DNA of 60,246 nucleotides, filler included, from Bonamia ostreae (Eukaryota): NCBI GenBank assembly GCA_040357525.1. It is 12 parts of 12 records of this genome, joined end to end, with 100 filler letters (N's around TTAATTAATTAA, not from the genome) between each part and the next. Parts side by side here need not be neighbours in the genome. Positions count along the whole stretch, not along the records: positions 20,290 to 25,223 come from JBDODL010000248.1; positions 25,324 to 30,255 come from JBDODL010000249.1; positions 30,356 to 35,274 come from JBDODL010000250.1; 9 more parts are not named here. One strand, 5' to 3'. Shown piece by piece: positions 23,135 to 34,347 of this stretch (position 1 is its first letter; each line of letters starts with the position of its first letter). The notes under the pieces were generated by a model. It saw only the letters and a program-made list of their open reading frames with translations, ran no database searches and was not told where the DNA came from. The position numbers and the translations under genes were made by a program.

Positions 23135-24963
23135 TTATCCACCCAAATGTTTTTTGTATCGACAACAACACATTTCCCCTATTTCTTCAATATGAAATAA
23201 CACTTCATCGAGTTGCTCCTTAGAATGAGCAGCGGATAAACAAAAACGCACACGAGATTCAGTCAAATTTGTCGCTGGAAAAGTTGCAACTACAACGGCA
23301 ATCTTTTAAATAATTGTAAATTACAAAACATTCCGACGCAAACATTCCCTCGAAAACAAAATAATGTTTGAAGGAGCACCGACTACAATGATGACAACTG
23401 GCGAGTCCTTTATCCCCAAAACTTCAAATCCCATTTCTTCCAATCTCGACCTAAAAAAGTTTGAATTGTTTCTCAATCTCTTCAATCTCTCTAAGCCGCT
23501 ATCTGATTCCATCTCAGCCATCGCCGCTGATACCTGTTGACTAACAGCCGGGGGTATTGACGCAGATTCAAAGTATCCGGCGCATTTATCTTTTACCTCC
23601 TCGATCAAGTCCTTTGAACTCGCTATGAACCCTCCGAATCCACCATGAGACTTTGTAAAAGTGCCCATCAATATGTCTACCGCCTTTGAGTCAACATCTA
23701 GCTGATCGCAAATTCCGCGCCCATTGAGTCCGATCGCACCAAAACTATGTGCCTCATCTACGAATAAATAGAACTTGCGGATAACAAAGAAAACTTTGTA
23801 CTGTTTTTTGAGGTTTACGATCTTTCTCAAATTTGGATAATACCCTTCCATGCTATATAAACCTTCGATCAGAACAAATATTCTTTTCCATGGTCTTCTT
23901 GTACGAGCATGTCCTTCGACAATAGCTTTTCTGAGCTTCCGTTCTAGATCATGCGAATCTTTTTATTCCGTTTCATACAGTAATGTAAATAAAATATCAT
24001 TTTATGTTGGGAACCGTTGTGTCTGAAAACACTGGTAGAGGCACTAGAAGCAAAGCATCCTGTTACGATTGAACTGTGATTCTTGGAATCAGATAAAATC
24101 AAGTCGCCTTTTCTAGCTAAAAAGGGCAGAAAAGTAGAGTTGCATCCAAACCCCATCGAAAACACCGCAGCGGCTTCTTTTCGTGTCAACTTGGCCACCC
24201 TGTATTCCAGTTCTTGTACAACTTTTGTTGAAAGTGCACCGCGGGGAACATTAAATCCAATGGAGTATGTTTCAATTGCCTCCATGACACTCGAAAGCGT
24301 AGGGCTCTGCGGTGAAGCAAATCCTAAATAGTTGTACGATCCCATGTTAATGCATTTTCTAATTAAAGGTCGTCTTTTTGTAAATTTTGTAAAGTCAAAC
24401 CCGTTTCTATCTTTGAATAGCGGGTCTTCAACTAGAAATGTATCTCCTGGACACGAACGTATTTTTCTATTCCAAGCATCTTCACCAAGTCGATACATTC
24501 TACGTATAAAAAAGTCGTCAAAGCCGGATAGCAATTTTGCTACGTTTCTATTTTTATTGCAAATAAAAAATATCGTACCGATAGCAATATTTTGCAATAA
24601 CATAAAAGATATCAATAACAAGTCTAGTTATTCTTCAAAACATTAAAACTTATTTTTTTGGGTTTTGAAGTGTAGAGCAAAGTCTTTGATGTTGCCAATA
24701 ATAATCATTAAACCAAGGCCAAAATAAGTAGAAAAAGAGCGAATTAACAAATTCACTTCAAAAACATAATTTTTCTTCTTATAAAATATTCTCTTGTTTG
24801 GGAAACAGCCAAAAAACATTTTTGCCGTATTTGTAAAAAACAACCCAAAAATGGCAAACAAATAAATAAAAGAAACAAACAGATTTCTCAAATTTAGATT
24901 TTTCACATTTTTGTTATTAAAATTAATATCTTTACTTGAAAAAATTTTGTATAGTTTCGCCAT
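23135..24963 (-). CDS. LCB2: Serine palmitoyltransferase subunit 2 (LCB2/SPTLC2), multi-exon
   Basis: CINMGSYNYLGFA, NHSSIVTG, RRPWKRIFVLIEGLYSMEG, VDEAHSFGA, PLP lysine motif MGTFTKS, SRVRFCLSAAH. Confidence 0.95.
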
Positions 24964-25323
24964 TATAAATTTAATCTTTCCGGTATAATTTTAAACTAAT
25001 TTTTTCTTATAAAATTTTAGTTTCGTCGGATCAATTTTATAAAATTATAATTTGTCATAATAAATAGTTTATAAAATTTTTAAAAGGAGGATAAATGGTG
25101 AGCTTAAATATGAAACTTGTTTTGAATTTTAAATCGTTTACAAAATAGCCATTTTTAACGTAATTTAGAAATTTTTTTATGTTTTTATTGTTACAATGTC
25201 ATTTTTCTTGCAGCTATCCCGCTNNNNNNNNNNNNNNNNNNNNNNNNNNNNNNNNNNNNNNNNNNNNTTAATTAATTAANNNNNNNNNNNNNNNNNNNNN
25301 NNNNNNNNNNNNNNNNNNNNNNN

Positions 25324-27169
25324 TGTAACAGAAACGACCTCAGTCTGCAACTCTTCATTTTGTTTTTTGGCCTGTTTCAACGTTTCCAACATTTCTTTTT
25401 CTCTCTTTTCCAGTTTTTGTTTATCCTCTTCTAGAATTTCCACTCTTTTTTGAAATTGCGTTTTTAGGTTCATTTGCGTTTTCAAATCTGCTTTTCAGTT
25501 TTGAAGATTCAGTTGCAAGTTATCCCCGCCCGATATTATGTTTTCCAAGTCTTTTTTTGCTGTTCGAAGTTACATTACTCGCTGGTTTTTTTGATATAAA
25601 ATTTGGTATTTAAAAAATGTTTTGATGCGAAAAACAAAATTTGTTCGCTTCAAAATAATTTTTTGTTAAAAAATGTACATATTCAACAAAATTTGTTTAA
25701 TTGAAATTGATTTTTATGGGATTTTTAAACGTCTTTATAAAGTGATCCGGCTTCTTCTAATTGAGAAGAAGCCATTTTTTTGAGAGTCTCAAAAGAATAA
25801 GAAAGTTCTTTGCAGTTATTCCGCAAAAGAAGAACTTCTTTTTCATTTTTTAAATTTTGTTCTTTCAAATTTTCGTTTTCTTTTTCCAATTCGTTTCGCA
25901 GTTTTAATTCGCTCTAATTTATAAATTTTAAAAAATCGCAAAAACGTTATTTTGATTTTTAAAAAATCGTTCTTTTTCTTTGAGCCTAAAATTTTCTGTT
26001 TCGACAAGTTCGATTTTTGCCGTCAAATTTGATAATTCAATGGCAGTTTTTTCTTTCGATTTTCTTTTATCGATATTTTCAATTTTTATCTTTTCGTTTA
26101 ATTTGACCATTTTTTGTTCTAATTCTCTTTTCATTCCTTCTAGTACTTTTTAATTTTTAATTGAAACACAAAAAATTGGATTAAAAATTTTAATTTTTGT
26201 CAAATTTAGTAAAAAGTTGGTCATTTCAAATTAGATTTTAGAAAATAATTTTTACAGTTTTTTTCTTTTTCGACCATATTAAGATCATCTCGAAGTTTTC
26301 CCAGCAACTCTCCTCTTCTTTCACACTTTTCCGTCATTTTTTCTAATTCGCGGTGCGTTTCAGTCAATTTTTTGGAAATAGCGAAAAGTGCGTCTTTTCT
26401 ATAACTTTCTTCTTGTTTCGCTCCATTTTCTTTAAAAGTTTTGGGCATTTTTAAATTTGTTAATTTTTGCAAATTGGGTCAGAAGAACGTTTCAATAAAA
26501 ATTTTAAACTTTGAATTTCTGTAAATTTTTCTTCGCTCAAATTTTCTTTGTTATCTTTTAAGCTTGAATCTTTTTCCGGAGTTTTAATTGACGGCAAAAT
26601 GGCTTCGATATCGGCTTTGTGCTCATCTAACAATTCGACTTTCGTGGATTTGACTTGCCGCAGAAAATTAAAAAATGTCTTTTTGTCAATGTTTTGCCTA
26701 AATTTTCCAAAATGGAAACTTTTCAAATACAGTTAAAACGCCTTTAAATATCGAGCTATCGATTGAACTAAAGAAAAAGTCTGAAAATTTGCTTTTATGG
26801 ATTAGCAACAGTTTAAGAATTTCTAGAAAGAATTTCTGTTTATAATGATCTTGCGTTTTCTGTAACTTTTAGAATAAATTTAAGTCGATGCAAATTGGTT
26901 TGTGGCTAAATTTTTAAAAGCTCAAAATTTTCTAAAATTGGTAATGTGGATAACGTATAAGAATTCTATAAAATCTTTTTCGTCGATATTTTTATCAAGA
27001 ATTATTGTTTTTTCAAGTCTTCTTTTTAATTCGATGTCTTCTTTGTCTCCTTGTTCACTTCCACAGGAATCTGTTTGTTAATTTTGTTGAAACCGCATTT
27101 GAAAAATATTTCAGATCCGTCTTTGAAAAATATTTCGCCACAAACTCTACATTCGCCGTTTCCACTCAT
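25324..27169 (-). CDS. Long coiled-coil protein, multi-exon, 3'-truncated
   Basis: Successive E/K/L heptad-rich minus-strand ORF segments separated by intron-like AT tracts. Confidence 0.5.
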
Positions 27170-27299
27170 TTTTTCAGTTCGTTCTTTTTTGTAATCTGAT
27201 AAAGCTAAATATTTTGGATTTTGAATATATTGAAAGTAAATAACAATTTATTTAATAAATTGTTTATAACATAAATTGCTAAGGAATTTAGCTCTAAAC

Positions 27300-27305
27300 A
27301 AGCTT
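27300..27305. promoter_or_regulatory. AAGCT(T) candidate core-promoter motif (representative instance)
   Basis: Lies 3-70 nt upstream of the ATG in at least 10 genes of this window (see findings). Confidence 0.45.
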
Positions 27306-27310
27306 AAAAA

Positions 27311-27951
27311 ATGTCGAAAAAGCATAAAAATATTAAGAAACGCAAAAAGAAATCGAAAAAAGTATCCGCTAACAGTTACGGGAAATTTGGCGTTATCCAA
27401 AGAACGGATAACCACACAAAACACGAAGAGTTCATCGCATGGCTGATCGAAGTCAAAAAACTTAACATCAACGCAATCAGCAAAATAGAAGAAAAAAATT
27501 TAAGACAAGAGTTCATCGAGGTTAGCTAAAATTTTAACCGAACAAATATTTTTATCGATAAAAGGATTTCAATACGGCGACATTGCCACACAAAAAGTTC
27601 TACAATATTCGCAAATGGGAAGAAAAACAATCAAAAAAGAGATCGAAGGTAACATCAGAAGACGAAAAATTGGAGTTCGGCAAAACAGACGCCATCCGAG
27701 ACGAAGAAAGACTGCTCAGAGAACGACGCGAAGAACGAGAAAATTGGAAAATGGCTAACGAGAAAATGCGTCTTCAAAAAATGGTCGACGAATTGAAAGC
27801 GGCCAAGGAATCCAAACGATCCGCTTACAACTCCGCGCTTGACAGACATCGACATCCAGAATCAAAAGCCACTTTCGAGTCTATTGCGGAGAAGAGAATC
27901 GCGCGCAATAGAAAAAATGTCGAAAAGAAAAATGGAACTTTCGATGAATAA
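27311..27951 (+). CDS. Conserved eukaryotic uncharacterised K/E-rich protein; intron 27521-27564
   Basis: SYGKFGVI..TD...K.EEF.AWL.EVKK...EEK....EFIE/DFNTATLPHKKFYN, a motif set I recognise from a widespread uncharacterised family. Confidence 0.7.
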
Positions 27952-28081
27952 CTTAATTTTTGTTTTGTAACATCCATCTATCAGCCATCAAAAACAAACC
28001 TAAAACAAAAGCTTAAAGCTAAATTTACTATGAGCAAGATTCCTAACCAAAATTAAAAACCCGTCCTAATTTTTAATCTTG

Positions 28082-28840
28082 ATGGAATCGACTGTTGGCA
28101 ATAAGGAAATGCCTAAAACACAGAACAATCAAAATTCGCAAAACACGGCGAAAGATCAACTGAACAAAAAATCACTTTCAATCTCAAAAAACAAACCAGA
28201 AAAGCAAAACGCGCCCGCAATTACCGCAAAAAACGCAACTTCCATTGTTTCCGAAAACATTGTCGACGACCTTTTTTTCCTCGCCAGCGATGTCGAAAAA
28301 AGCGAATTCATGCGCAGATCCGCTCTCGAATTCCCAAATTCGCAGAGCCTCAAAGTTCTGATCTCGAAACTGGACAGAAATCCAGACCTCCGAAAAATTT
28401 ACGTCAAAACGTTTGGTTTGAAAAAAGAAGCCGAAGAAGATTTGAAGACCGCTTTCTCGAGATTCGGATCGGTGAGCAACGTCAAAATCGTCATTAACCA
28501 ACAAACCGGCGAATTGAGAGGTTACGCCTTCGTCGGCTTTGAAAGCGTCTTGTCCGCTCTCAACGCGTTAGAACAGCGCCACGTCACGGTCAAAGGAATA
28601 ACGACAGTGAATTCAACTTTCAAAAGAAACACATTGAAACAGTTTCCCGGCCGCGACTTCGACGGCGGCTTCGCGCAGAACCAAAGAGCTCCGAATATGC
28701 AGAATAACATGAGCGGCCCGGGCGGACATCCGAACCCGTATTTCGGGGGACAGTGGAACGGCGACCAACGCGCTTTCGGACAAAGCGGGAATTTCGGACA
28801 AGGGTTCAATAGCCAGAGCCAGAGCGGTCCTCGCGTATGA
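28082..28840 (+). CDS. Single-RRM RNA-binding protein with G/N/Q/F-rich tail (UBA1/UBA2-like)
   Basis: DRNPDLRKIYV, AFSRFGSV, RNP1 RGYAFVGF. Confidence 0.8.
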   Translation: MESTVGNKEMPKTQNNQNSQNTAKDQLNKKSLSISKNKPEKQNAPAITAKNATSIVSENIVDDLFFLASDVEKSEFMRRSALEFPNSQSLKVLISKLDRNPDLRKIYVKTFGLKKEAEEDLKTAFSRFGSVSNVKIVINQQTGELRGYAFVGFESVLSALNALEQRHVTVKGITTVNSTFKRNTLKQFPGRDFDGGFAQNQRAPNMQNNMSGPGGHPNPYFGGQWNGDQRAFGQSGNFGQGFNSQSQSGPRV

Positions 28841-29245
28841 AATGAGTGGTAAATATTTGGAAATTTGTCATTTTCATATTTTGAGTCAATTTCTTTAAAT
28901 CTGTTCACTGTTCGAGTCCGTTTTCTTTAAATCTGTTAAATCATTTTGGCGTATTAAATTTTTTAGGGCAATTTTTTGTTACAAAAATTTTAACGTCGGT
29001 CAATTTACGAATTTTGATTTTTTGAAATTTTGTTCTAAAAATGACGTTTAGATAATTGATATTTACAATAAATGACGGTAATGTTCATTTTAGAAACATA
29101 GTTTTGGATATTTTTACAATATGGTCGAAACTGATTTTATATTTTGTTAAAGATTTTGTTAAAATTTTATATTCCAACTTTAAAAGTTTTCTTTATTTGA
29201 GACAAATTTACAAAAAATAAAATTGAAAAAATCTTATTGATTTAA

Positions 29246-30105
29246 TTAGCAACATTTTTTGGACTTTTTATTCAACGCTTCTTCATCATCAATTTTCAAA
29301 GTTTCTTAAAATTTAAAATTTTGGCATTTACGAACTTTTACAATCAAATCGAAAATCACAATTTTTGCAAATTTTAATAAAACCTGGTTTTTCTATTTTA
29401 AGACTTTTTTTCTTCTCGTTGACCATATTGGCGATTTGGAAAAAGCACTTTTGTACGTTTGTTGAATTGAAAGCACTCGTTTCGATGTAAGGATAATTAT
29501 GTTCTGCCGCCAATTCTTTGCCTTCCGACGTTTTGACTTGTCGCTTTTCTTCCAAATCGATTTTGTTTCCAATCAATACAACGCTTATGTAATCTGGCGC
29601 GTTCTTCTTTATATTGCTTATCCAACCTTGAACATCTATTAATAATTTTTCGTTTTATGCTCAAAAATGGGATTTACAAAAAGTTGCAATTTACAGTTTC
29701 AAACTTTCAAATGTCTTTCTGTTCGTTACGTCAAACATCAAAATAATTCCGTCCGAGTCTCTGTAATAGGCTTAAAAATGTTGTTAAAAAACTATTTGTT
29801 ATTGTTCTAAATCGCTCCTTTTTTAATTAGGAAGAAAATATTTAACCAAAAAACTTGTCCCGCGGTGTCCCAAATTTGGAGTTTAACAATTTTTCCATCG
29901 ATTTGAATGTTTTTGGTTTTGAAGTCAACACCGATTGTAGCTGTTTTGTCGATATCAAAAATATCTTCCGTAAATTTGATCAAAACAGAAGATTTGCCAA
30001 CAGCTTTAAATTAATATATAAAAACCTGAATCTCCGATAGTAACAATTTTGAATAGTTGATCAAATTTAGTTTTACTTTTTATAAAAATAAGAAAACGAT
30101 GCCAT
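29246..30105 (-). CDS. Rab GTPase (Rab1/Rab8 group), 7 exons
   Basis: Spliced [48 protein letters not shown]-terminal KKCC. Confidence 0.92.
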
Positions 30106-30388
30106 TTGTTCAAATTCAAAATATGTATATTTTATAAGCTTTAACTTAAAAGAAATTATTATTAAAAGGGTTTTAATGAAAACAAATGTCTATTATTTAG
30201 TTTTTGTCTAACATTTTGCAAATTTTTAGTCGATATTATTAAATTTTACAAATTTNNNNNNNNNNNNNNNNNNNNNNNNNNNNNNNNNNNNNNNNNNNNT
30301 TAATTAATTAANNNNNNNNNNNNNNNNNNNNNNNNNNNNNNNNNNNNNNNNNNNNAAAGATTTCATTAAATGTTTGTTAAATAAAAAG

Positions 30389-30725
30389 GAAGTTGTTGTC
30401 GACATATGTAGCAGTTCGATAGCTTCTGGGATTCTAAAAATGACAAAAACGTACAGCAGTAGTTTGGCGATAGACCTGGTAACAATACTTTACATCAAAG
30501 GCATTTACCTTGGAAGGACGCGAGGAAGAACATTTGCCTGAAAAAGTTTTCTGTAAGTTAAGGATTAACCGAATGTCGAATGGATCAGCCATAAAAATCG
30601 AGGATTTGGAAAGAGAGAATATTGAAAATATTGATGAAAGCAAAGTTAGTTTTGCTAGTGCCGACAACGTCGACAAAAGAAAAAAGAAGCATAAGAAAAG
30701 TAGCACCGAAATTTTTAAAAAATAA
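30389..30725 (+). CDS. EDR2 C-terminal (DUF1336)-like domain protein, 3' end only
   Basis: EVVVDICSSSIASGIL...SLAIDL/AFTLEG..EEHLPEKVFCKLRI resembles the EDR2_C terminal motif. Confidence 0.7.
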
Positions 30726-31054
30726 ATTTTAAGCCATTTACCACTTTCATTTAAAAAATGAATTAAGTTATCTTCTGATTTTTACTGTAGTTTTTTCAAC
30801 AAATTTTACAGTTGAAAAATTGTTGAATAAAAATCTTTCAGATTAGCGCTGAGAGATGACCAATTTGCAAATTTTTATCATTTAATAAAACTGAAAAACG
30901 ACAAATTCGTTCCTTACTGCAGAAATGGCACGAAAAACAAGAAATTTGTAAATCATTGTTACATTACGCAAACATAATTTTGCTAAAACTTTTACGAAAC
31001 AGATGCTCGAAAGCATCAAAATTTGAATGAAAAAATAAATATGGCTGCTCTTTA

Positions 31055-31570
31055 CTACACTAGAACATTTGCGAGAGGCGTTATAATGTTCAGAGTTATC
31101 GCGAGATAGAAGCAAAAATCAAAGGACACGCTCCTCCCCTTGATATAATTCCAAACAGAATAGCGATAAGTCATAATGGCGGCGAAAACACAGACCGTCG
31201 AGACCACAACTAAAATCCACGTCAGAATACGCGATATTTTGGCGCAACACATTAGCAACAAAAGCGCGGCTATCGCTACCGCCATCAAAATGGCGGCGGT
31301 TAGAACCAGAGAAAAAACAGCGTCGTTTCCGCTGTCGAACGAGTCGCAGTCTAAACCGCAGATAAAAGACTTGTCGTCTATATCTTTGTAATTCACCCAA
31401 TCGGAACTCGTTCCGTTTTTTTCGGTGTAAAATGAGAAGAGACCGGTGTAGACCTTGGAGCCATCGCTCAATGTGGAAACTCCCCAATTCGGGTAAATCA
31501 TCATGATGATGGCCATCGTGATCGTACAAGCCAGAAATCCGCTCCCGATGATGGCTTTGATTAGTCCCAT
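31055..31570 (-). CDS. Claudin/PMP22-like four-TM protein
   Basis: TM1-W...GLF...C..C-TM2-TM3-loop-F.FCFYL-TM4 topology, 171 aa. Confidence 0.65.
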   Translation of the reverse strand: MGLIKAIIGSGFLACTITMAIIMMIYPNWGVSTLSDGSKVYTGLFSFYTEKNGTSSDWVNYKDIDDKSFICGLDCDSFDSGNDAVFSLVLTAAILMAVAIAALLLLMCCAKISRILTWILVVVSTVCVFAAIMTYRYSVWNYIKGRSVSFDFCFYLAITLNIITPLANVLV

Positions 31571-31852
31571 TTTATACTATTTTGCAGTTTTTGAGTTGTG
31601 GCGTTAATTTTGTTTTGGACTGTGGAAATGTCTAAGTCAAATTACGGTCTCAGATCTCCAAATTTTGAATATTTGGTTTCAAAAAAACAAGTCATATTAT
31701 TTTGGTTTCAATAAAATTTTGTATATCCAACAAATGCTCCGTTTTTGGTAAAAATAGATTTAATCAAAATGTTCCATATAAATTTTACTTTTTAATTCGA
31801 CGAATTTGACGAATTTTAATTTCTTGTTTTTTAAATTTGACGAAAAATTATG

Positions 31853-32026
31853 AACGCGATGGCTTAGTGGTTCGAACTATATTTACGCATTCGTGTGTGC
31901 ATGGGTTCGAATCTCAGTGCTGCCGTTTGGTCTGAACTATTATTTTTGTGAGCGATATCAACACGAAAAGGTTTATCTGAACAACTAATTTTACCCGAAC
32001 TACCAATTTGACCGATGTTGCCCTAA
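31853..32026 (+). mobile_element. tRNA-derived SINE-like element, copy A (intergenic)
   Basis: A box TGGCTTAGTGG, B box GGTTCGAATC, no anticodon arm; 54/69 ungapped identity to 51306-51238(-); shared tail ending GTTGCCCTAA. Confidence 0.7.
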
Positions 32027-32123
32027 TCGCTAGAGCCCAAATTGCAAATTAAAACAAAAATTTTTAGAATAAATTAAAATAAATTGATCGCTAGAAGTCT
32101 TTAAAAGCTTCGAATGGCGGATT

Positions 32124-32711
32124 TTATTCGACGACGAATCCTTTCTGAGAAACATAGATTCCGTCCAGAAACTTGCGCAGATCTTTGCCTTTGATCGAAA
32201 GCGATTGCTGGATCGAGGCGGCTTCGGGTTAATTGATGAAACCGGATTGCGACACTTCTTCGATCGAGTTCCCTTCGAGGATTAGCTCGTCTTTCACGAA
32301 TTCGGACTTCGTTATCTCAACCCCTTCGCCCATCGTGATGTGTTGGCTCTTCTTCCCTCCGAGGAAGTTCCGGATGTCGAGGTGCATTCTCCCTTCTTTC
32401 GTGGTGATCGTCGTGTCGATCGGAAAGTGCGCGTAGACGAGGCGCATGTTGTATCGGAAGCCCTTCGTAACGCCGGTTATCATGTTTTCGACATGCGACG
32501 CGATGGTGTTGACCATCGCGCTGAGTTTTTTCCCGCCATGGTAGTAAGCGACGCGCACGGAAGACCCTCTGAGTCGCATGTCCACGCGCGTGTGTCTGAA
32601 GTCGCGGTGGAGCTGCCCGCGTGGCCCGGTTACTGTGACTCGTCGAGCTTTGACGGAAACTTTGACGTCTTCTGGGATTTGGACGAACTTTTCGACGAGG
32701 ATGTTTTTCAT
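32124..32711 (-). CDS. RPL9: 60S ribosomal protein L9 (uL6), one 21-nt intron
   Basis: [60 protein letters not shown]. Confidence 0.97.
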
Positions 32712-32952
32712 AACCCTTTCTAAGTTTTAGCGAGATTACTTTATGAAAATCGTTATGTTCGGATTGCTAAATCTGGCTAAGCTTAAAAATAAAATGTAAT
32801 ATGGAATTTAAATAGAAGAATTTAAAAATATAATTAGAATCAAATTGATTAAGACAATATTTGGAAAAATGCTTTCGTGTAAAATTTGGACGGCCTCATT
32901 TTTATTTTAACAATTATTTTTATTAAAATGGCGAAGAATTTTTAAAATCTGT

Positions 32953-33528
32953 TTATTCATCATCAATTAACCCTTCCAATAATTCTCTCATAAAAATTCT
33001 AGTTTTTTTAATATCCGGAGCTTCACCTTTTTTATCTAATGGCTTGACGACTTTGACATAGTCGGTGCACAAATCGATTATCCAGTTGATATCGATCCGG
33101 CTGTTCGCGTTCTTTAAAAGCGGCGAAAACACGAAAAGGGCCAAATCGCGCCAAATCGCCTTTTTGCCCAAATTCGCTGCAGCAGCCCAATTCTTTATTA
33201 AATCTTTTTCCAAATCGACTTTAATCCTGTTTTGGGACAACAACATTTTGGCAAAAAGAACAATGGCGTTGCTGTCGTCTTCCGTTTTTGCCAAAATGTC
33301 AGTGTTCTCAGTTTCGATCAAAGCGAAAATTCTGTTCGTTCTTTCTCTGTCTTCAATCTCGGCATTAAAAATCGTTGTTTTGCCGCTGAGAGAATGTACA
33401 TATTCAATATATGGCGGTGCAGCAAATTTTGTTAGGTCTTTGTTGCAATAAAGAAAGACAAAAATTATCGCAACCGTCGGAAATAAGATGAGCGCGTTGA
33501 ATCCCGCTGTTAGCAAAATTTGATCCAT
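32953..33528 (-). CDS. Hypothetical 191-aa protein with N-terminal TM anchor
   Basis: Uninterrupted ATG ORF with hydrophobic N-terminus. Confidence 0.65.
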   Translation of the reverse strand: MDQILLTAGFNALILFPTVAIIFVFLYCNKDLTKFAAPPYIEYVHSLSGKTTIFNAEIEDRERTNRIFALIETENTDILAKTEDDSNAIVLFAKMLLSQNRIKVDLEKDLIKNWAAAANLGKKAIWRDLALFVFSPLLKNANSRIDINWIIDLCTDYVKVVKPLDKKGEAPDIKKTRIFMRELLEGLIDDE

Positions 33529-33770
33529 TTTATAAATATTATTATTTTCGTTTTACAGATAAAAATGCGTACTTTATCGACTTAAATTGGTCAAAAAATG
33601 CGACTGTCCAAAAATTTTTGACGAATAAAATCTTAAAAACGACAATTCGAAAAATGTGTTGTCGATAAAAGCAGATCTAAAATGGAGAGATTTGATTAAA
33701 ATATTTTGAAGATTTTTGATTTGTCCAAAAAAGTTAATTTTAACGGAAAAATAAAAAAGTGTCAAAAGAT

Positions 33771-34347
33771 TTACAAAAAATTAATTTCATCGGAAGCGAT
33801 AGGATTCGCGTGAATTTTGACATTCAAAATTTTGATTTGGTCGATCGGTTTATATTTTGCTCCGACTTTTGCGTTTTCGATTTTGTCGAGGACATCAAAC
33901 CCGAAAATGACTTTTCCGAAGATCGTCGCGGTATTGTCGAGATGAGGCGCCGCATCGTAAATTATATAAAATTGGGAATTGTTTGAATTCGGACCGGAAT
34001 TCGCCCATGCCACCATTCCTTTGCGATCGTGCTTTAAATTTGATTTTCAAAGAATTGACCAATTTTCATTTTTCGAAAAATTAATTTTCAAAATTTGAAA
34101 ATTTGACTTTGATGGAATCGGAGATTTCGTCGTCAAAGTTTTTATCGAAAATACTTTTCCCCCCTTCTCCGGTTGCAGTGGGATCTCCACCCTGAATCAT
34201 AAATCCTTTGATATTTCGGTGGAACAAAGTGTTGTTGTAATAGCCGCTCGCGCAGAGCGCGAGAAAGTTTTTAGCGGAAACTGGACAAGAATCGCAGAAG
34301 ACTTCTATTTTTATATCGCCGTAATTTGTTTGCAAAGACACAGACAT
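33771..34347 (-). CDS. PPIL3: Cyclophilin PPIL3-like, one intron (about 34033-34108)
   Basis: [56 protein letters not shown]. Confidence 0.92.

Noticed and set aside
27311-30725. Plant-like genes (EDR2_C, UBA2-like RRM; also the CCR4a architecture) as possible horizontal transfer
   Set aside because: They share the host splice pattern or composition and more likely reflect ancestral eukaryotic families; no phylogeny is available
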